From the NCBI GenBank assembly GCA_965140585.1, contig OZ223264.1:384001-448000 (forward strand): 64,000 nucleotides of DNA, written 5' to 3'. A model generated the notes under the pieces. The model made no database searches. It was not told the origin of the DNA and saw only the letters and a list, made by a program, of their open reading frames with translations. Origin of the DNA: Spirochaetia bacterium (GTDB lineage Bacteria > Spirochaetota > Spirochaetia > UBA9216). Each line of letters begins with the position of its first letter. The stretch's first letter is position 1. Made by a program: the position numbers and the translations under genes. This document shows positions 19,861 to 29,608 of this stretch, piece after piece.

Positions 19861-21133
19861 GTTCAACAGCCTTCTTTCAGGTGAAATATCAGATGGCAAA
19901 TATGATTGCTTATTAAGCGATGTATATCATGACACCGACTTGAACTCAGTTAAAAACCGTTACATCAAACTGCTGGATGACCATCGCCGTACCTTCGGAG
20001 ATCAGGATGTTCTAATAGTCAGTGCTCCCGGAAGAACCGAACTCGGCGGAAATCATACCGACCATAATCTGGGGATAGTTCTGGCTGCCGGAGTAACACT
20101 AGATACGCTGGCGGTAGTTTCGGCATCTGAAGAGCGCATGATACATTTTCATTCAGAAGGTTATGACCCTGTAATAATGGATTCATCTGACAGCACCTTC
20201 CGTGAGGAAGAGAAGGAAACTACGATATCGCTGCTCAGGGGCATCCTTTTCAGATTTGAACAACTCAATTACCGTACCGGTGGTTTCAGCTGCTATGTGA
20301 ACTCTGAAGTTGCTCAGGGTTCCGGCCTGAGCTCATCAGCCTCTGTTGAGGTTCTGATAGGCTCGATTCTGAATGAGCTCTATAACGGCGGGAAGATTTC
20401 TCCTGTTGAGATTGCGAAAGCCGGGCAGTATGCAGAAAACAATTTTTTCGGAAAGGCCTCAGGTTTAATGGACCAGGTAGCCTGTGCCTGCGCCGGAATT
20501 GTCGGGATTGATTTCTATGGTCATGATGCACCCCTTATCCGCCAGTGCAGTTATGATTTTCGACGACATGGATATGTGCTCACCGCTGTTGACAGCAGAT
20601 CGAGCCATGCAGAGCTTGCGGATGAATACAGTGCAATCCCTAATGAAATGAGGCTGGTTGCCGGGTATTTCGGAAAGCAGAACTGCCGGGAGATAGACCG
20701 TGATCAGCTGATCCTGGCTATTCCTGAAATAAGAAAGCTGCATGGCGACAGGGCAGTGCTGCGGACGCTTCATTTTCTTGGTGAGACAGACAGAGCCGCT
20801 GCCATGTTTACTGTTTTGCAGGATAATAATATAGAAGAATATTTCAGGCTTGCAGAAGCCTCCGGTAACTCCTCGTTTAAATACCTTCAGAACATATACC
20901 AGGGGTTACATCCGCAGAATCAGGCTGTCAGTCTTGCTCTTAAGCTCACTGAAGACTTTCTTGAAGGACAGGGCGCTTGCAGGATACAGGGCGGGGGCTT
21001 TGCCGGCTCCATTCAGGCTTTTATCCCTGCAGACAGGCTTGACAGTTACCGTTCTTTGATGGAAAGTGTTTTTGGGACCGGGGCAGTAACTGAACTGAGC
21101 GTCAGGCAGCTGAAAGCCGGTAAAATCCTTTAG
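19853..21133 (+). CDS. galK: Galactokinase (GHMP kinase)
   Basis: APGRTELGGNHTDH, GSGLSSSAS, GLMDQ, GGGFAG; lies between galT and galE. Confidence 0.9.
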   Translation: MTKFNSLLSGEISDGKYDCLLSDVYHDTDLNSVKNRYIKLLDDHRRTFGDQDVLIVSAPGRTELGGNHTDHNLGIVLAAGVTLDTLAVVSASEERMIHFHSEGYDPVIMDSSDSTFREEEKETTISLLRGILFRFEQLNYRTGGFSCYVNSEVAQGSGLSSSASVEVLIGSILNELYNGGKISPVEIAKAGQYAENNFFGKASGLMDQVACACAGIVGIDFYGHDAPLIRQCSYDFRRHGYVLTAVDSRSSHAELADEYSAIPNEMRLVAGYFGKQNCREIDRDQLILAIPEIRKLHGDRAVLRTLHFLGETDRAAAMFTVLQDNNIEEYFRLAEASGNSSFKYLQNIYQGLHPQNQAVSLALKLTEDFLEGQGACRIQGGGFAGSIQAFIPADRLDSYRSLMESVFGTGAVTELSVRQLKAGKIL

Positions 21134-21154
21134 TGTCATTTTTTAGGAGAAGTT

Positions 21155-22144
21155 ATGAAAGTTTTAGTTATAGGCGGAGCAGGTTATATAGGCAGTCATG
21201 TTGTAAAGGCCCTGCTTGCGAAAGATCATGAAGTCACTGTTTTTGACAACATGAGCTCAGGCTGCAAGGATAACCTTTTTGAAAAGGCGGCATTTATTGA
21301 AGGCGACATTCTTGAACCACAGCAGCTTGAAGGCGCTTTCAGGGCGTCAAAGGCTGAGGCCGTTGTTCATCTTGCCGCCTTCAAGGCCGCCGGTGAATCT
21401 ATGATTAAACCGGAAAAATATTCCATCAACAATATCTGCGGAACCATGAACATTCTTAATACAATGTGCGACTACGATGTTAAAAAGTTCATATTTTCGT
21501 CATCCGCTGCTGTATTCGGAGAACCTGAATATCTGCCCATGGATGAAAATCATCCCACAAACCCTGAAAATTATTACGGCTTTACCAAGCTTGAAATTGA
21601 GAGATTCCTTTCATGGTACGATAAAATCAAGGGGCTGCGGTTTGCTGCTCTCAGGTACTTCAATGCGGCCGGCTACGATCCCGAGGGTGAAATTACCGGG
21701 CTTGAGAAGGCTCCGGCTAACCTGATTCCCGTAATAATGGAAGCGGCAGCCGGTATGCGGGACAAGCTGCTGATTTTCGGAAATGACTATGATACTCATG
21801 ACGGAACAGGCGTCCGTGACTATGTTCATGTTACAGACCTGGCCCGTGCCCACGTTATGGCTCTTGATTATATCACTGAAAATGATGAAAGCCTTACAGT
21901 CAACCTCGGCTCAGAAACAGGCCTCAGCGTTCTCGATATTCTGGGTAAGGCTCGTGAGGTTACAGGCAAGGATATTCCTGCAGAAATTGTTGAAAGACGC
22001 CCCGGAGATCCCGCCGGATTATATGCTACATCCAAAAAGGCAACTTCTCTTCTCGGCTGGAAACCCGAATGCAGTGATCTGGATACAATAGTGAGAACTA
22101 CATGGAATGCGTACAGCATAGCTGTTAAAAATCTGGAACTCTAG
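21155..22144 (+). CDS. galE: UDP-glucose 4-epimerase
   Basis: GGAGYIGSH, SSSAAVFG, YGFTK, LRYFNAAG, DGTGVRDYVHV. Confidence 0.97.
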   Translation: MKVLVIGGAGYIGSHVVKALLAKDHEVTVFDNMSSGCKDNLFEKAAFIEGDILEPQQLEGAFRASKAEAVVHLAAFKAAGESMIKPEKYSINNICGTMNILNTMCDYDVKKFIFSSSAAVFGEPEYLPMDENHPTNPENYYGFTKLEIERFLSWYDKIKGLRFAALRYFNAAGYDPEGEITGLEKAPANLIPVIMEAAAGMRDKLLIFGNDYDTHDGTGVRDYVHVTDLARAHVMALDYITENDESLTVNLGSETGLSVLDILGKAREVTGKDIPAEIVERRPGDPAGLYATSKKATSLLGWKPECSDLDTIVRTTWNAYSIAVKNLEL

Positions 22145-22969
22145 ATGAAGGCAGAAATTACCGTTCTTATTGAAAATTATCCAGAGACCGGCTCCGGGCT
22201 TAAGGCGGAACACGGACTTTCCTTTTATATTGAAGCCGGTGATAAAACCATCCTGTTTGATACCGGTGAAACCGGAAAATTTACTGCTAACGCGGAAGCC
22301 CTTGGAAAGGATTTGTCCAAAGTGACAGATGTCATTATCAGTCACGGACATTCTGATCATTCCGGTGGATTCCGGAAGCTGTGTGAATTAACAACCGATT
22401 TTACCCTGCATACCGGAAAAGGTTTCCTCGACGGTAAATACGTCTTCCGTGATAATAAACTAAAGTATATCGGTAATGACTTTGATTCCGCTTTCATTGC
22501 TGAGCAGGGGATAACTCATCGGGAGATTGCCTCAGGAGCGGTCGAGATTGCACCTGATATTTTTGTTGTGTCCGGATTTGAAAGAACCAATGATATTGAG
22601 AAGATCAGTACAGAGTTTATTCTTGAAAAAGATTTTGACCGCATTGATACTTTTGCTGATGAAGCGCTGCTTGTTTTAAAGCAGGATGACGGGCTTACAG
22701 TAATTGTCGGATGTTCTCATGCCGGCATTATGAATATTGTCGACTATATCAAGACCCTGTTCGATGAACCTGTTAAAACCATAATCGGCGGTACGCATCT
22801 GGTTGCCGGAGACAGCAGCCGTCTGGATAAGACTGTTGAATACTTTGCTGATAATGGTATAGGGAACCTTGGGCTCTGCCACTGTACAGGCGATCATGCC
22901 AGAAAAGTCCTGGCGGAAAGGTGCCCCGGCTACCGGGAAATACATTCGGGGACTCGGCTAACCGTCTGA
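22145..22969 (+). CDS. MBL-fold metallo-hydrolase (COG1237-like)
   Basis: EHGLSF, FDTG, SHGHSDHSGG, GCSHAG, GGTH, HCTG. Confidence 0.9.
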   Translation: MKAEITVLIENYPETGSGLKAEHGLSFYIEAGDKTILFDTGETGKFTANAEALGKDLSKVTDVIISHGHSDHSGGFRKLCELTTDFTLHTGKGFLDGKYVFRDNKLKYIGNDFDSAFIAEQGITHREIASGAVEIAPDIFVVSGFERTNDIEKISTEFILEKDFDRIDTFADEALLVLKQDDGLTVIVGCSHAGIMNIVDYIKTLFDEPVKTIIGGTHLVAGDSSRLDKTVEYFADNGIGNLGLCHCTGDHARKVLAERCPGYREIHSGTRLTV

Positions 22970-22971
22970 GG

Positions 22972-23283
22972 CTATCGGGAATAGGCCTGGGTTTTATCTA
23001 CCAGGCCCATTTCATATGCCCTGTTTACAAGCTTCCATTCATTTCTTCTGGCAAAAAGCAGGGTGCAGTAGTTTCTCTGAATCTGACTGCCGTTGAACAG
23101 GTAGTATTCAATCCTTTTAATACCTTCCTCTGAATCCACCAGGCTCAGGAAAAAGTCTATAGCTCTTGTTGTAGGCAGGTCCGTGTCATTATCAAGCTCG
23201 GCCATTACGGCATCGATATCTGCAGAGGAGCCTGCAAGGCAGTGATGTTTCAATATGTTAAAGTAGCCGGTATAGTTTTTCAT
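22972..23283 (-). CDS. Hypothetical protein co-oriented with marR
   Basis: 103-aa ATG ORF 11 nt downstream of marR. Confidence 0.65.
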   Translation of the reverse strand: MKNYTGYFNILKHHCLAGSSADIDAVMAELDNDTDLPTTRAIDFFLSLVDSEEGIKRIEYYLFNGSQIQRNYCTLLFARRNEWKLVNRAYEMGLVDKTQAYSR

Positions 23284-23294
23284 AGGCTGTTTTC

Positions 23295-23741
23295 TTATTC
23301 CTGCGCCGGAAACCTTATTTTGGAGATGATAGTTATAAGGCTTTGTTTATCCTCAACGTTCAAAGCCTCCGCCATCATTGCAAGCCTTCTGTTATAAGGT
23401 TCTGCAACTGATGCTATAAGCTCCTGTCCCTTATTTGTAAGTCTGTAGTTTTTTTTTCTCAAATCTCTTTGATCCTGCTGGCATTCAATCAGGGCATCAT
23501 TTTCAAGTTTTACCAGCATTCCGGTTATGGTAGGTTTACTTCTGCCCAGCAGTCTGGAAATCTCACTGTGAATCATCCCCTCATCTCCGCTTCGGCTTAT
23601 CATAATCAGAATTGAAAAACGGCTGTGGGAAATTCCATATGGTTTTAGAAATGCCTCAATATCATTCTGCAGCATCATTCCTCCTTCAAGAATTGATAAA
23701 AGGGCATCGAATGTAAGGTCTCCGGTCTTTGATATATCCAT
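23295..23741 (-). CDS. MarR-family regulator
   Basis: YGISHSRFSIL, SKPTITGMLVKLE, DLRK...LTNKG. Confidence 0.93.
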   Translation of the reverse strand: MDISKTGDLTFDALLSILEGGMMLQNDIEAFLKPYGISHSRFSILIMISRSGDEGMIHSEISRLLGRSKPTITGMLVKLENDALIECQQDQRDLRKKNYRLTNKGQELIASVAEPYNRRLAMMAEALNVEDKQSLITIISKIRFPAQE

Positions 23742-23780
23742 TTAAGTTAGCATGCTAACTTAAAGAGCTGATTAAGTCAA
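23741..23780 (-). promoter_or_regulatory. marR promoter with 24-bp palindromic operator
   Basis: TTTAAGTTAGCATGCTAACTTAAA (23741-23764) covers the -10 of TTGACT-N17-TAGCAT. Confidence 0.85.
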
Positions 23781-23800
23781 TATCGGCATTTAATGAAAAA

Positions 23801-24613
23801 TCAGCCTATTTGTGTGATGATTTCTTTTATGTATCTTATAAAATCATTCTGAACCATATTGGCAGTATCTACTACTTCCTGATGATTCAGGGGCTGGTCC
23901 AGAATTCCTGCTGCCATGTTTGTAATACATGAGACGCCAAGGACCTTCATTCCCATGTGACTTGCGGCGATAACCTCGGGCACAGTGCTCATTCCGACAG
24001 CATCCGCACCAAGAACCCTGAGGGCCTTGATTTCGGCCGGAGTCTCATAGCTTGGACCGGTCATGTAGGCATAGACTCCTTCCTGAACTTTTATTCCGGT
24101 TTTTGCCGCAGCATCCTTTGCTGTTTTTCTTAATTCTTTCGAGTAGGGTTCGCTCATATCGTTGAAACGCGGGCCCAGCTCATCTTCATTGAGGCCGCGA
24201 AGGGGAGAGTCGGCAACCATTTTTATGTGATCGCTTATAAGCATCAGGTTCCCGGGTTTGTAGGATGTATTCACGCCGCCGGCGGCATTGGTGACCACCA
24301 GTTTTTTTACCCCAAGCAGATGCATTATGCGCACAGGGTACACAAGGGTCTTCATGTCATAACCCTCATAAAAATGGAAACGGCCCTGCATTGCAATAAC
24401 GGGCTTGCCGTTGAGATTACCTTTTACAAGAGCGCCCTTATGGCCTTCTACCGTTGATACCGGAAAACCGGGAATATCGTTGTAAGCAAGAGAAACTCTG
24501 TCTTCCAGTTCATCAGCAAGTATGCCCAGCCCTGATCCTAGAATCAGAGCTGTTTCAGTATTATCAAAATTATTCTTTTTTAGAAAATCCAGTGTTTCTG
24601 AATATTTACTCAT
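23801..24613 (-). CDS. punA: Purine-nucleoside phosphorylase (trimeric type)
   Basis: ILGSGLG, GRFHFYEG, TNAAGG, GPSYETPAE, VGMSTVPE. Confidence 0.95.
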   Translation of the reverse strand: MSKYSETLDFLKKNNFDNTETALILGSGLGILADELEDRVSLAYNDIPGFPVSTVEGHKGALVKGNLNGKPVIAMQGRFHFYEGYDMKTLVYPVRIMHLLGVKKLVVTNAAGGVNTSYKPGNLMLISDHIKMVADSPLRGLNEDELGPRFNDMSEPYSKELRKTAKDAAAKTGIKVQEGVYAYMTGPSYETPAEIKALRVLGADAVGMSTVPEVIAASHMGMKVLGVSCITNMAAGILDQPLNHQEVVDTANMVQNDFIRYIKEIITQIG

Positions 24614-24625
24614 TAAACTCTCCTT

Positions 24626-25579
24626 TTACCTTGAACCCTTGTCATAAGGCTGGCCGGAAGCTTTCGGAGCCTGAGAGTTCTTTGATGAAAGTGCAAGTAC
24701 CAGTAGTGTTGCAATATACGGAATCATTTTATAGATATCTTTCGGGATACTCAGATCCTGAAGAAAGGGGATTCCCGAGTATGCTGCAGAGATAGTCTTC
24801 ATAAGTCCGAAGAAGAAGGCCGCCATCAGAATGCGTTTCGGGTTCCATTGTCCGAAGATAAGTACAGCAAGGGCGAGAAATCCGTATCCTGAAACAGTTG
24901 CATTAAAGCTAGTCGATGTCGGAACTACGAATATCAGCCCTCCAAGCGCTGCAAGTGCTCCGGAAAGAATAACCCCGGCATAGCGTATTTTATATACATT
25001 GATACCGACTGAATCTGCTGCATGAGGATGTTCTCCGCAGGAACGCAGCCTAAGGCCGAACCTCGTCTTAAACAGAACAAACCAGGATAGAATCAGAATC
25101 AGAAAACCGAGGAATGTTGTGATGTATGTATTCTGAAAAAACATGGGCCCCAGCAGGGGAATCTTTGAAAGTCCGGGGACTTCCTCAATTCTGAATGTAT
25201 TAACAAAGGATATCTCTTTTACTCCCTGAACTGTTCTTGCAACGAAGGTTGCGAATGCCGGTGCAAACATATTCAGAGCGGTTCCGCTGATGACCTGATC
25301 AGCTTTCATGTTTATTGAAGCATAGGCATGCAGCAGTGAAAAAATCATACCAGTAACTACTGCGACCAGTATTGCTATCAGAAGAAGGCCCTGACCGCTC
25401 ATGCTGTCCTGCAGAAAATGGATAGTGAAAATACTGGTAAAGGCACCCATTATCATGATTCCTTCCAGTGCAATATTTACGACTCCGCTTCGTTCGGAAA
25501 ACATACCGCCGAGGGCAACAACGAGCAGCGGGATTGAAAAGAACATTGTCTGCTGTATAAGAAAAAATAAACTGTTCAT
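24626..25579 (-). CDS. Nucleoside ABC transporter permease (NupC-like)
   Basis: SERSGVVNIALEG, GLRLRSCGEHP, PKASGQPY. Confidence 0.93.
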   Translation of the reverse strand: MNSLFFLIQQTMFFSIPLLVVALGGMFSERSGVVNIALEGIMIMGAFTSIFTIHFLQDSMSGQGLLLIAILVAVVTGMIFSLLHAYASINMKADQVISGTALNMFAPAFATFVARTVQGVKEISFVNTFRIEEVPGLSKIPLLGPMFFQNTYITTFLGFLILILSWFVLFKTRFGLRLRSCGEHPHAADSVGINVYKIRYAGVILSGALAALGGLIFVVPTSTSFNATVSGYGFLALAVLIFGQWNPKRILMAAFFFGLMKTISAAYSGIPFLQDLSIPKDIYKMIPYIATLLVLALSSKNSQAPKASGQPYDKGSR

Positions 25580-25581
25580 AT

Positions 25582-26694
25582 TTATGCCTTCCCTCCTTTA
25601 TCGCCCGGCTCGTCCTTCTCCCGTTTGTCTTGAAACCTGCTTAGGAAATTCTTGACTATCAGGGCAAAGGCGCTGAAGTATATTATTGAGGCAATAATTA
25701 TATCGATGATTTCCGGAACGAAATCGTAGAGCTGCATATAGAATCCGCCGAGTGTTATGTAGCCGATGAATATCGCCGACAGGACTATGCCGACCGGGTT
25801 TGACAGGCCCAGCAGGGCCACTGGAATTCCCATAAATCCTTCGTTGGCCAGAATGTCAAGAACCTCGATATGCTTTCCAGTGCTTGCCAGATACATAAGT
25901 CCACCGGCTATACCTGAAAGGGCTCCGGCAATAGTCATTGAAAGTACAATATTTCGCTTGGCGTTGATTCCTGCATACTTGGATGCTTCGGGATTATAGC
26001 CGCAGGCAACAAGTTCATATCCGAATACTGTCTTCTTCAGGATGATGTGAATTATAACGGCCGCCAGAAGGGCAATCAGAAAGCCTGCATGAAGGCTTGA
26101 GCCCTTAAACAGTGTATCAAAACCCATGGTCGGAATTGATGCCGACTCTGCAACATTCAAGGACTGGTTTCTGAGTTTATCGTATACAGTATGAACAACC
26201 AGTGTATTTACCATGTGCATCCCTATATAGTTCATCATGATACAGGTAATAACTTCGTTAACATTAAGAAAGGCCTTTAGCAGTCCCGCAACCGATGCCC
26301 AAATCGCACCGGCAACCATCCCGCCGAGAATGGCGACTACCCACTGAAAGGGGCCAAGCTGCGGACAGTAAACACCTATAATGACCGAAACATAGGCTCC
26401 GACAATCAGCTGTCCTGATGCCCCTATATTAAATAGTCCTGTCTTGAAAGCGAAACCAACAGACAAACCTGTCATTATGAGTGGAGTGGCAATATAAAAT
26501 ATATTTCCGAAACCCTTTGCTTTTCCGCTGAGTCCTCCCAGCAGGATTGTCCTGAAACCGGCAAATGCCTGATTCGGGTTTGTAATAAGCAGAATAATCA
26601 GGCCGAAAATAAGGCCGATTATTATAGCGGAAAAAGATGCTATGAAACTTGACAGCCCGTAGGAGTTTAATAAATTACGTGATTTATTTTTCAC
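25582..26694 (-). CDS. Nucleoside ABC transporter permease (NupB-like)
   Basis: GLFNIGASGQ, NVNEVIT, GYNPEASKYAGI; GTG 26694 follows AAGGAG (track start 26733). Confidence 0.92.
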   Translation of the reverse strand: MKNKSRNLLNSYGLSSFIASFSAIIIGLIFGLIILLITNPNQAFAGFRTILLGGLSGKAKGFGNIFYIATPLIMTGLSVGFAFKTGLFNIGASGQLIVGAYVSVIIGVYCPQLGPFQWVVAILGGMVAGAIWASVAGLLKAFLNVNEVITCIMMNYIGMHMVNTLVVHTVYDKLRNQSLNVAESASIPTMGFDTLFKGSSLHAGFLIALLAAVIIHIILKKTVFGYELVACGYNPEASKYAGINAKRNIVLSMTIAGALSGIAGGLMYLASTGKHIEVLDILANEGFMGIPVALLGLSNPVGIVLSAIFIGYITLGGFYMQLYDFVPEIIDIIIASIIYFSAFALIVKNFLSRFQDKREKDEPGDKGGKA

Positions 26695-28216
26695 TGGAGC
26701 TCTCCTTTTTTGCGCCTGACATATAAAGACCAAGCTCCTGAACTGTTATCTCTTTCGGGTTAAGGTTTCCTACCAGCTCTCCGTTATGAATTACCAGAAT
26801 CCTGTCACTCACATTCATTACCTCATCAAGTTCAAGGGACAACAGCAGAACCGCCTTTTTGTTATCCCTCTGTTTTACCAGCTGCTTATGTATGTACTCT
26901 ATAGCGCCTACATCGAGTCCCCTTGTAGGCTGAACAGCAATCAATATTTCCGGGTCTTTGTCAATTTCTCTGGCTACAATTGCCTTCTGCTGGTTTCCGC
27001 CGGACATTGATCGTGTTATCGTCCTTGCTCCCTGTCCGCTTCGTATATCAAATGATTTAATCAGTTTGTTGGCGTACTCGGTTATTTTCTGAAATTTGAG
27101 AAAGCCCTTGTTCTGAAATTCTTTCTTAAAGTATTTCTGAAGCACAAGGTTTTTATCCAGACTGTAATCAAGCACCAGTCCATGTTTGTGCCTGTCTTCC
27201 GGTATATGCGACATTCCCAGTTCGCTTCTTTTTCGGATGCTGGCATGTGTAATATCTTCGCCGTTAAGAAACACTTCCCCGCTTGAAGCCTTGATAAGTC
27301 CTGTTAAAGCATATACAAGTTCTGTCTGGCCGTTTCCGTCAATTCCTGCTATGCATAGAATTTCGCCCCGTCTGGCCTGGAAGGATACGTCATGAACCAT
27401 GTTCTTTTCACTGTTCTTCGAATGAACTGTCAGATTTTTCACATCAAGAACTACATCTGACGGAACGGCTTCATCCTTTGCAACAACAAATTCAACCTTG
27501 CGTCCTACCATCAGTTCCGACATCATTTCCTTTGAAGTAGAGGCCACATCAACTGTCTCGATGTATTTACCCTTTCGGAGGACCGTACATCTATCTGCTA
27601 CCTGTTTGATCTCTTCAAGTTTATGGGTGATGAACAGTACTGATTTTCCTTCCTTCACCAGGCCCTTCATTATCTCAATAAGCTCGACAATCTCCTGAGG
27701 TGTAAGCATGGCTGTCGGTTCATCAAAGATCAGGATATCGTTGTCACGGTAGAGCATCTTCAGAATCTCAACACGCTGCTGCATTCCAACAGTTATATCC
27801 GCGATAATTGCATCCGGATCGACAAGCAGGTTGTATTTTTTACTGAGATCGACAACCTTCTTTCTGGCGCTGTCCATCTCAAGAACCCCGTTCTTAGTGC
27901 TCTCTACGCCGAGGATGATATTTTCAAGAACAGTGAAATTGTGAACCAGTTTAAAATGCTGGTGCACCATTCCAATGCCCTGGGCATTCGCATCATTGGG
28001 GTTACTGATCTGAATCTGTTTGCCGTTTTTCTTTATTATTCCGTTGTCAGGTTTGTACAGCCCGAAAAGAATACTCATAAGTGTAGATTTCCCGGCGCCG
28101 TTTTCACCCAGCAGGGCATGAATTTCTCCATGTTTTAACTGCAGGGAAATATTGTCATTTGCCAATATACCGGGGAATTCCTTGGTAATGTTCAACATTT
28201 CAATTTGATATTCCAA
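26684..28216 (-). CDS. Nucleoside ABC transporter ATPase (tandem NBD)
   Basis: GENGAGKST, DEPT, MSGGNQQK, QPTRGLDVGA. Confidence 0.96.
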   Translation of the reverse strand: MEYQIEMLNITKEFPGILANDNISLQLKHGEIHALLGENGAGKSTLMSILFGLYKPDNGIIKKNGKQIQISNPNDANAQGIGMVHQHFKLVHNFTVLENIILGVESTKNGVLEMDSARKKVVDLSKKYNLLVDPDAIIADITVGMQQRVEILKMLYRDNDILIFDEPTAMLTPQEIVELIEIMKGLVKEGKSVLFITHKLEEIKQVADRCTVLRKGKYIETVDVASTSKEMMSELMVGRKVEFVVAKDEAVPSDVVLDVKNLTVHSKNSEKNMVHDVSFQARRGEILCIAGIDGNGQTELVYALTGLIKASSGEVFLNGEDITHASIRKRSELGMSHIPEDRHKHGLVLDYSLDKNLVLQKYFKKEFQNKGFLKFQKITEYANKLIKSFDIRSGQGARTITRSMSGGNQQKAIVAREIDKDPEILIAVQPTRGLDVGAIEYIHKQLVKQRDNKKAVLLLSLELDEVMNVSDRILVIHNGELVGNLNPKEITVQELGLYMSGAKKESSSEK

Positions 28217-28292
28217 ATGGCTCCTCCATCTTACATTTACTTAATTATATACTAGATAGATGAATTACTCCTCAGTTTTTACCCTATAGAGC

Positions 28293-28322
28293 AAAAAAAG
28301 AGGTTGCCGGGTAGGCAACCTC
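28293..28322 (-). terminator. Intra-operon terminator/stabilising hairpin after the binding-protein gene
   Basis: GAGGTTGCC / GGCAACCTC stem followed by T7 on the minus strand. Confidence 0.75.
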
Positions 28323-28346
28323 CTGGATTCTTCAGAAATAGATGAA

Positions 28347-29435
28347 TTACTGAACTACTGTAACTGATACAATTGAAAGCGGAAGTGCATTCGGAGAATC
28401 TCCTGCACCGTCGCCGAGAATTGATGTTCTCAGACCGTTTGTATCATTTACGAGTGCTGTAAAAAGTTTTTCGTAATCAGCCTTGCTGAATTTCTTAAAC
28501 TTTGAGTTGTCGATAGGAAGACCAACTGCGTCAACAGTTGCATCGAGAGTTTCTGAAACTCCGCCTTTGAAGTTACCGGCATAGTATTCTTCAAGACCAA
28601 GGTAAACAGATACGCCGAGCTGTTTCATTGCAGAAGTAATAACAGTAGCAGATTCTGCTGACTGATCGACATCAACACCGATAACCTTTCCGTTATTTGC
28701 TTCAGCAGCAGCCATAACTGAGTTACCGACCTTTCCGCCGCATGCAAAGATAACTTCTGTTCCGCTTCCATACCATGAAGCTGCCATTGCCTGGTTTTCA
28801 GGTGTTGCATCAAAGTTTCCGGTATATGTGTACATAAGTTCTACAGAACCGAGTCCCATTTCAGAAGCTGCTTTTTCAGCACCCTGAACAAAACCGTAGC
28901 CGTATCTAACAACTGCAGGTACTGCCATTCCGCCCATGAAACCGAGTTTTGTATATCCGTCTTTTACAGCCGCATAGCCTGCGAGGAATCCTGATTCCTG
29001 CTCTGCGTAAAAGATTGAGTAAACATTGCTTTCAATTCTGAAAGTTGAGTAGTCCTCTGTGTGGGGAGTTCCGTCGATGAGGATGAAACTTGTATCCGGA
29101 TAAAGATCCTGTGCTCTGTAGATAGCAGGTTCAAAAAGGTATCCGGGACAAACAACAATCTTTGCACCGCCGGTAATAGCGAGATCGATTGCAGCTACAT
29201 AAGCGTCGGTAGTTTTTTCTGTTGGCTTGTAGTACTTGTGAGTAAGGTCGTTGTCTTCTGCAAACTTAACAATACCTTCCCATGTTCCCTGGTTGAATGA
29301 CTTGTCGTCGATGTCACCGATGTCGGTAATCATGGCAACTTCATAACCGCTTGTTTTGCTTTCTGTCTGTCCGCCTGCAAAGGCTGCGGGGAGAATCATG
29401 ATCAGCAGTAAAGCAATAATTCCCAATTTTTTCAT
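28347..29435 (-). CDS. BMP/PnrA-family nucleoside-binding protein
   Basis: DDKSFNQGTWEG, FLAGYAA, IGVDVDQ, TSAMK; ATG 29435 follows AAGGAG (track start 29477). Confidence 0.93.
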   Translation of the reverse strand: MKKLGIIALLLIMILPAAFAGGQTESKTSGYEVAMITDIGDIDDKSFNQGTWEGIVKFAEDNDLTHKYYKPTEKTTDAYVAAIDLAITGGAKIVVCPGYLFEPAIYRAQDLYPDTSFILIDGTPHTEDYSTFRIESNVYSIFYAEQESGFLAGYAAVKDGYTKLGFMGGMAVPAVVRYGYGFVQGAEKAASEMGLGSVELMYTYTGNFDATPENQAMAASWYGSGTEVIFACGGKVGNSVMAAAEANNGKVIGVDVDQSAESATVITSAMKQLGVSVYLGLEEYYAGNFKGGVSETLDATVDAVGLPIDNSKFKKFSKADYEKLFTALVNDTNGLRTSILGDGAGDSPNALPLSIVSVTVVQ

Positions 29436-29608
29436 AGTGTACGCTCCTTTAAACGTCTGCAATTTATAATTGCACATGTTTGATATTAAATAATAGAATG
29501 ATTTTGATAGACAGGCAAGTATTCAATTCTTTTTTATCAACTGTTATTGTTGTTTGAATACTACCATAGCAGTGTTATATTGTAATAAAGCACAGTTTCG
29601 GAGGTTGT

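Noticed and set aside
29436-29608. Purine riboswitch or other structured RNA in the divergent BMP/deoB region
   Set aside because: AT-rich with no recognisable aptamer core or stable stems
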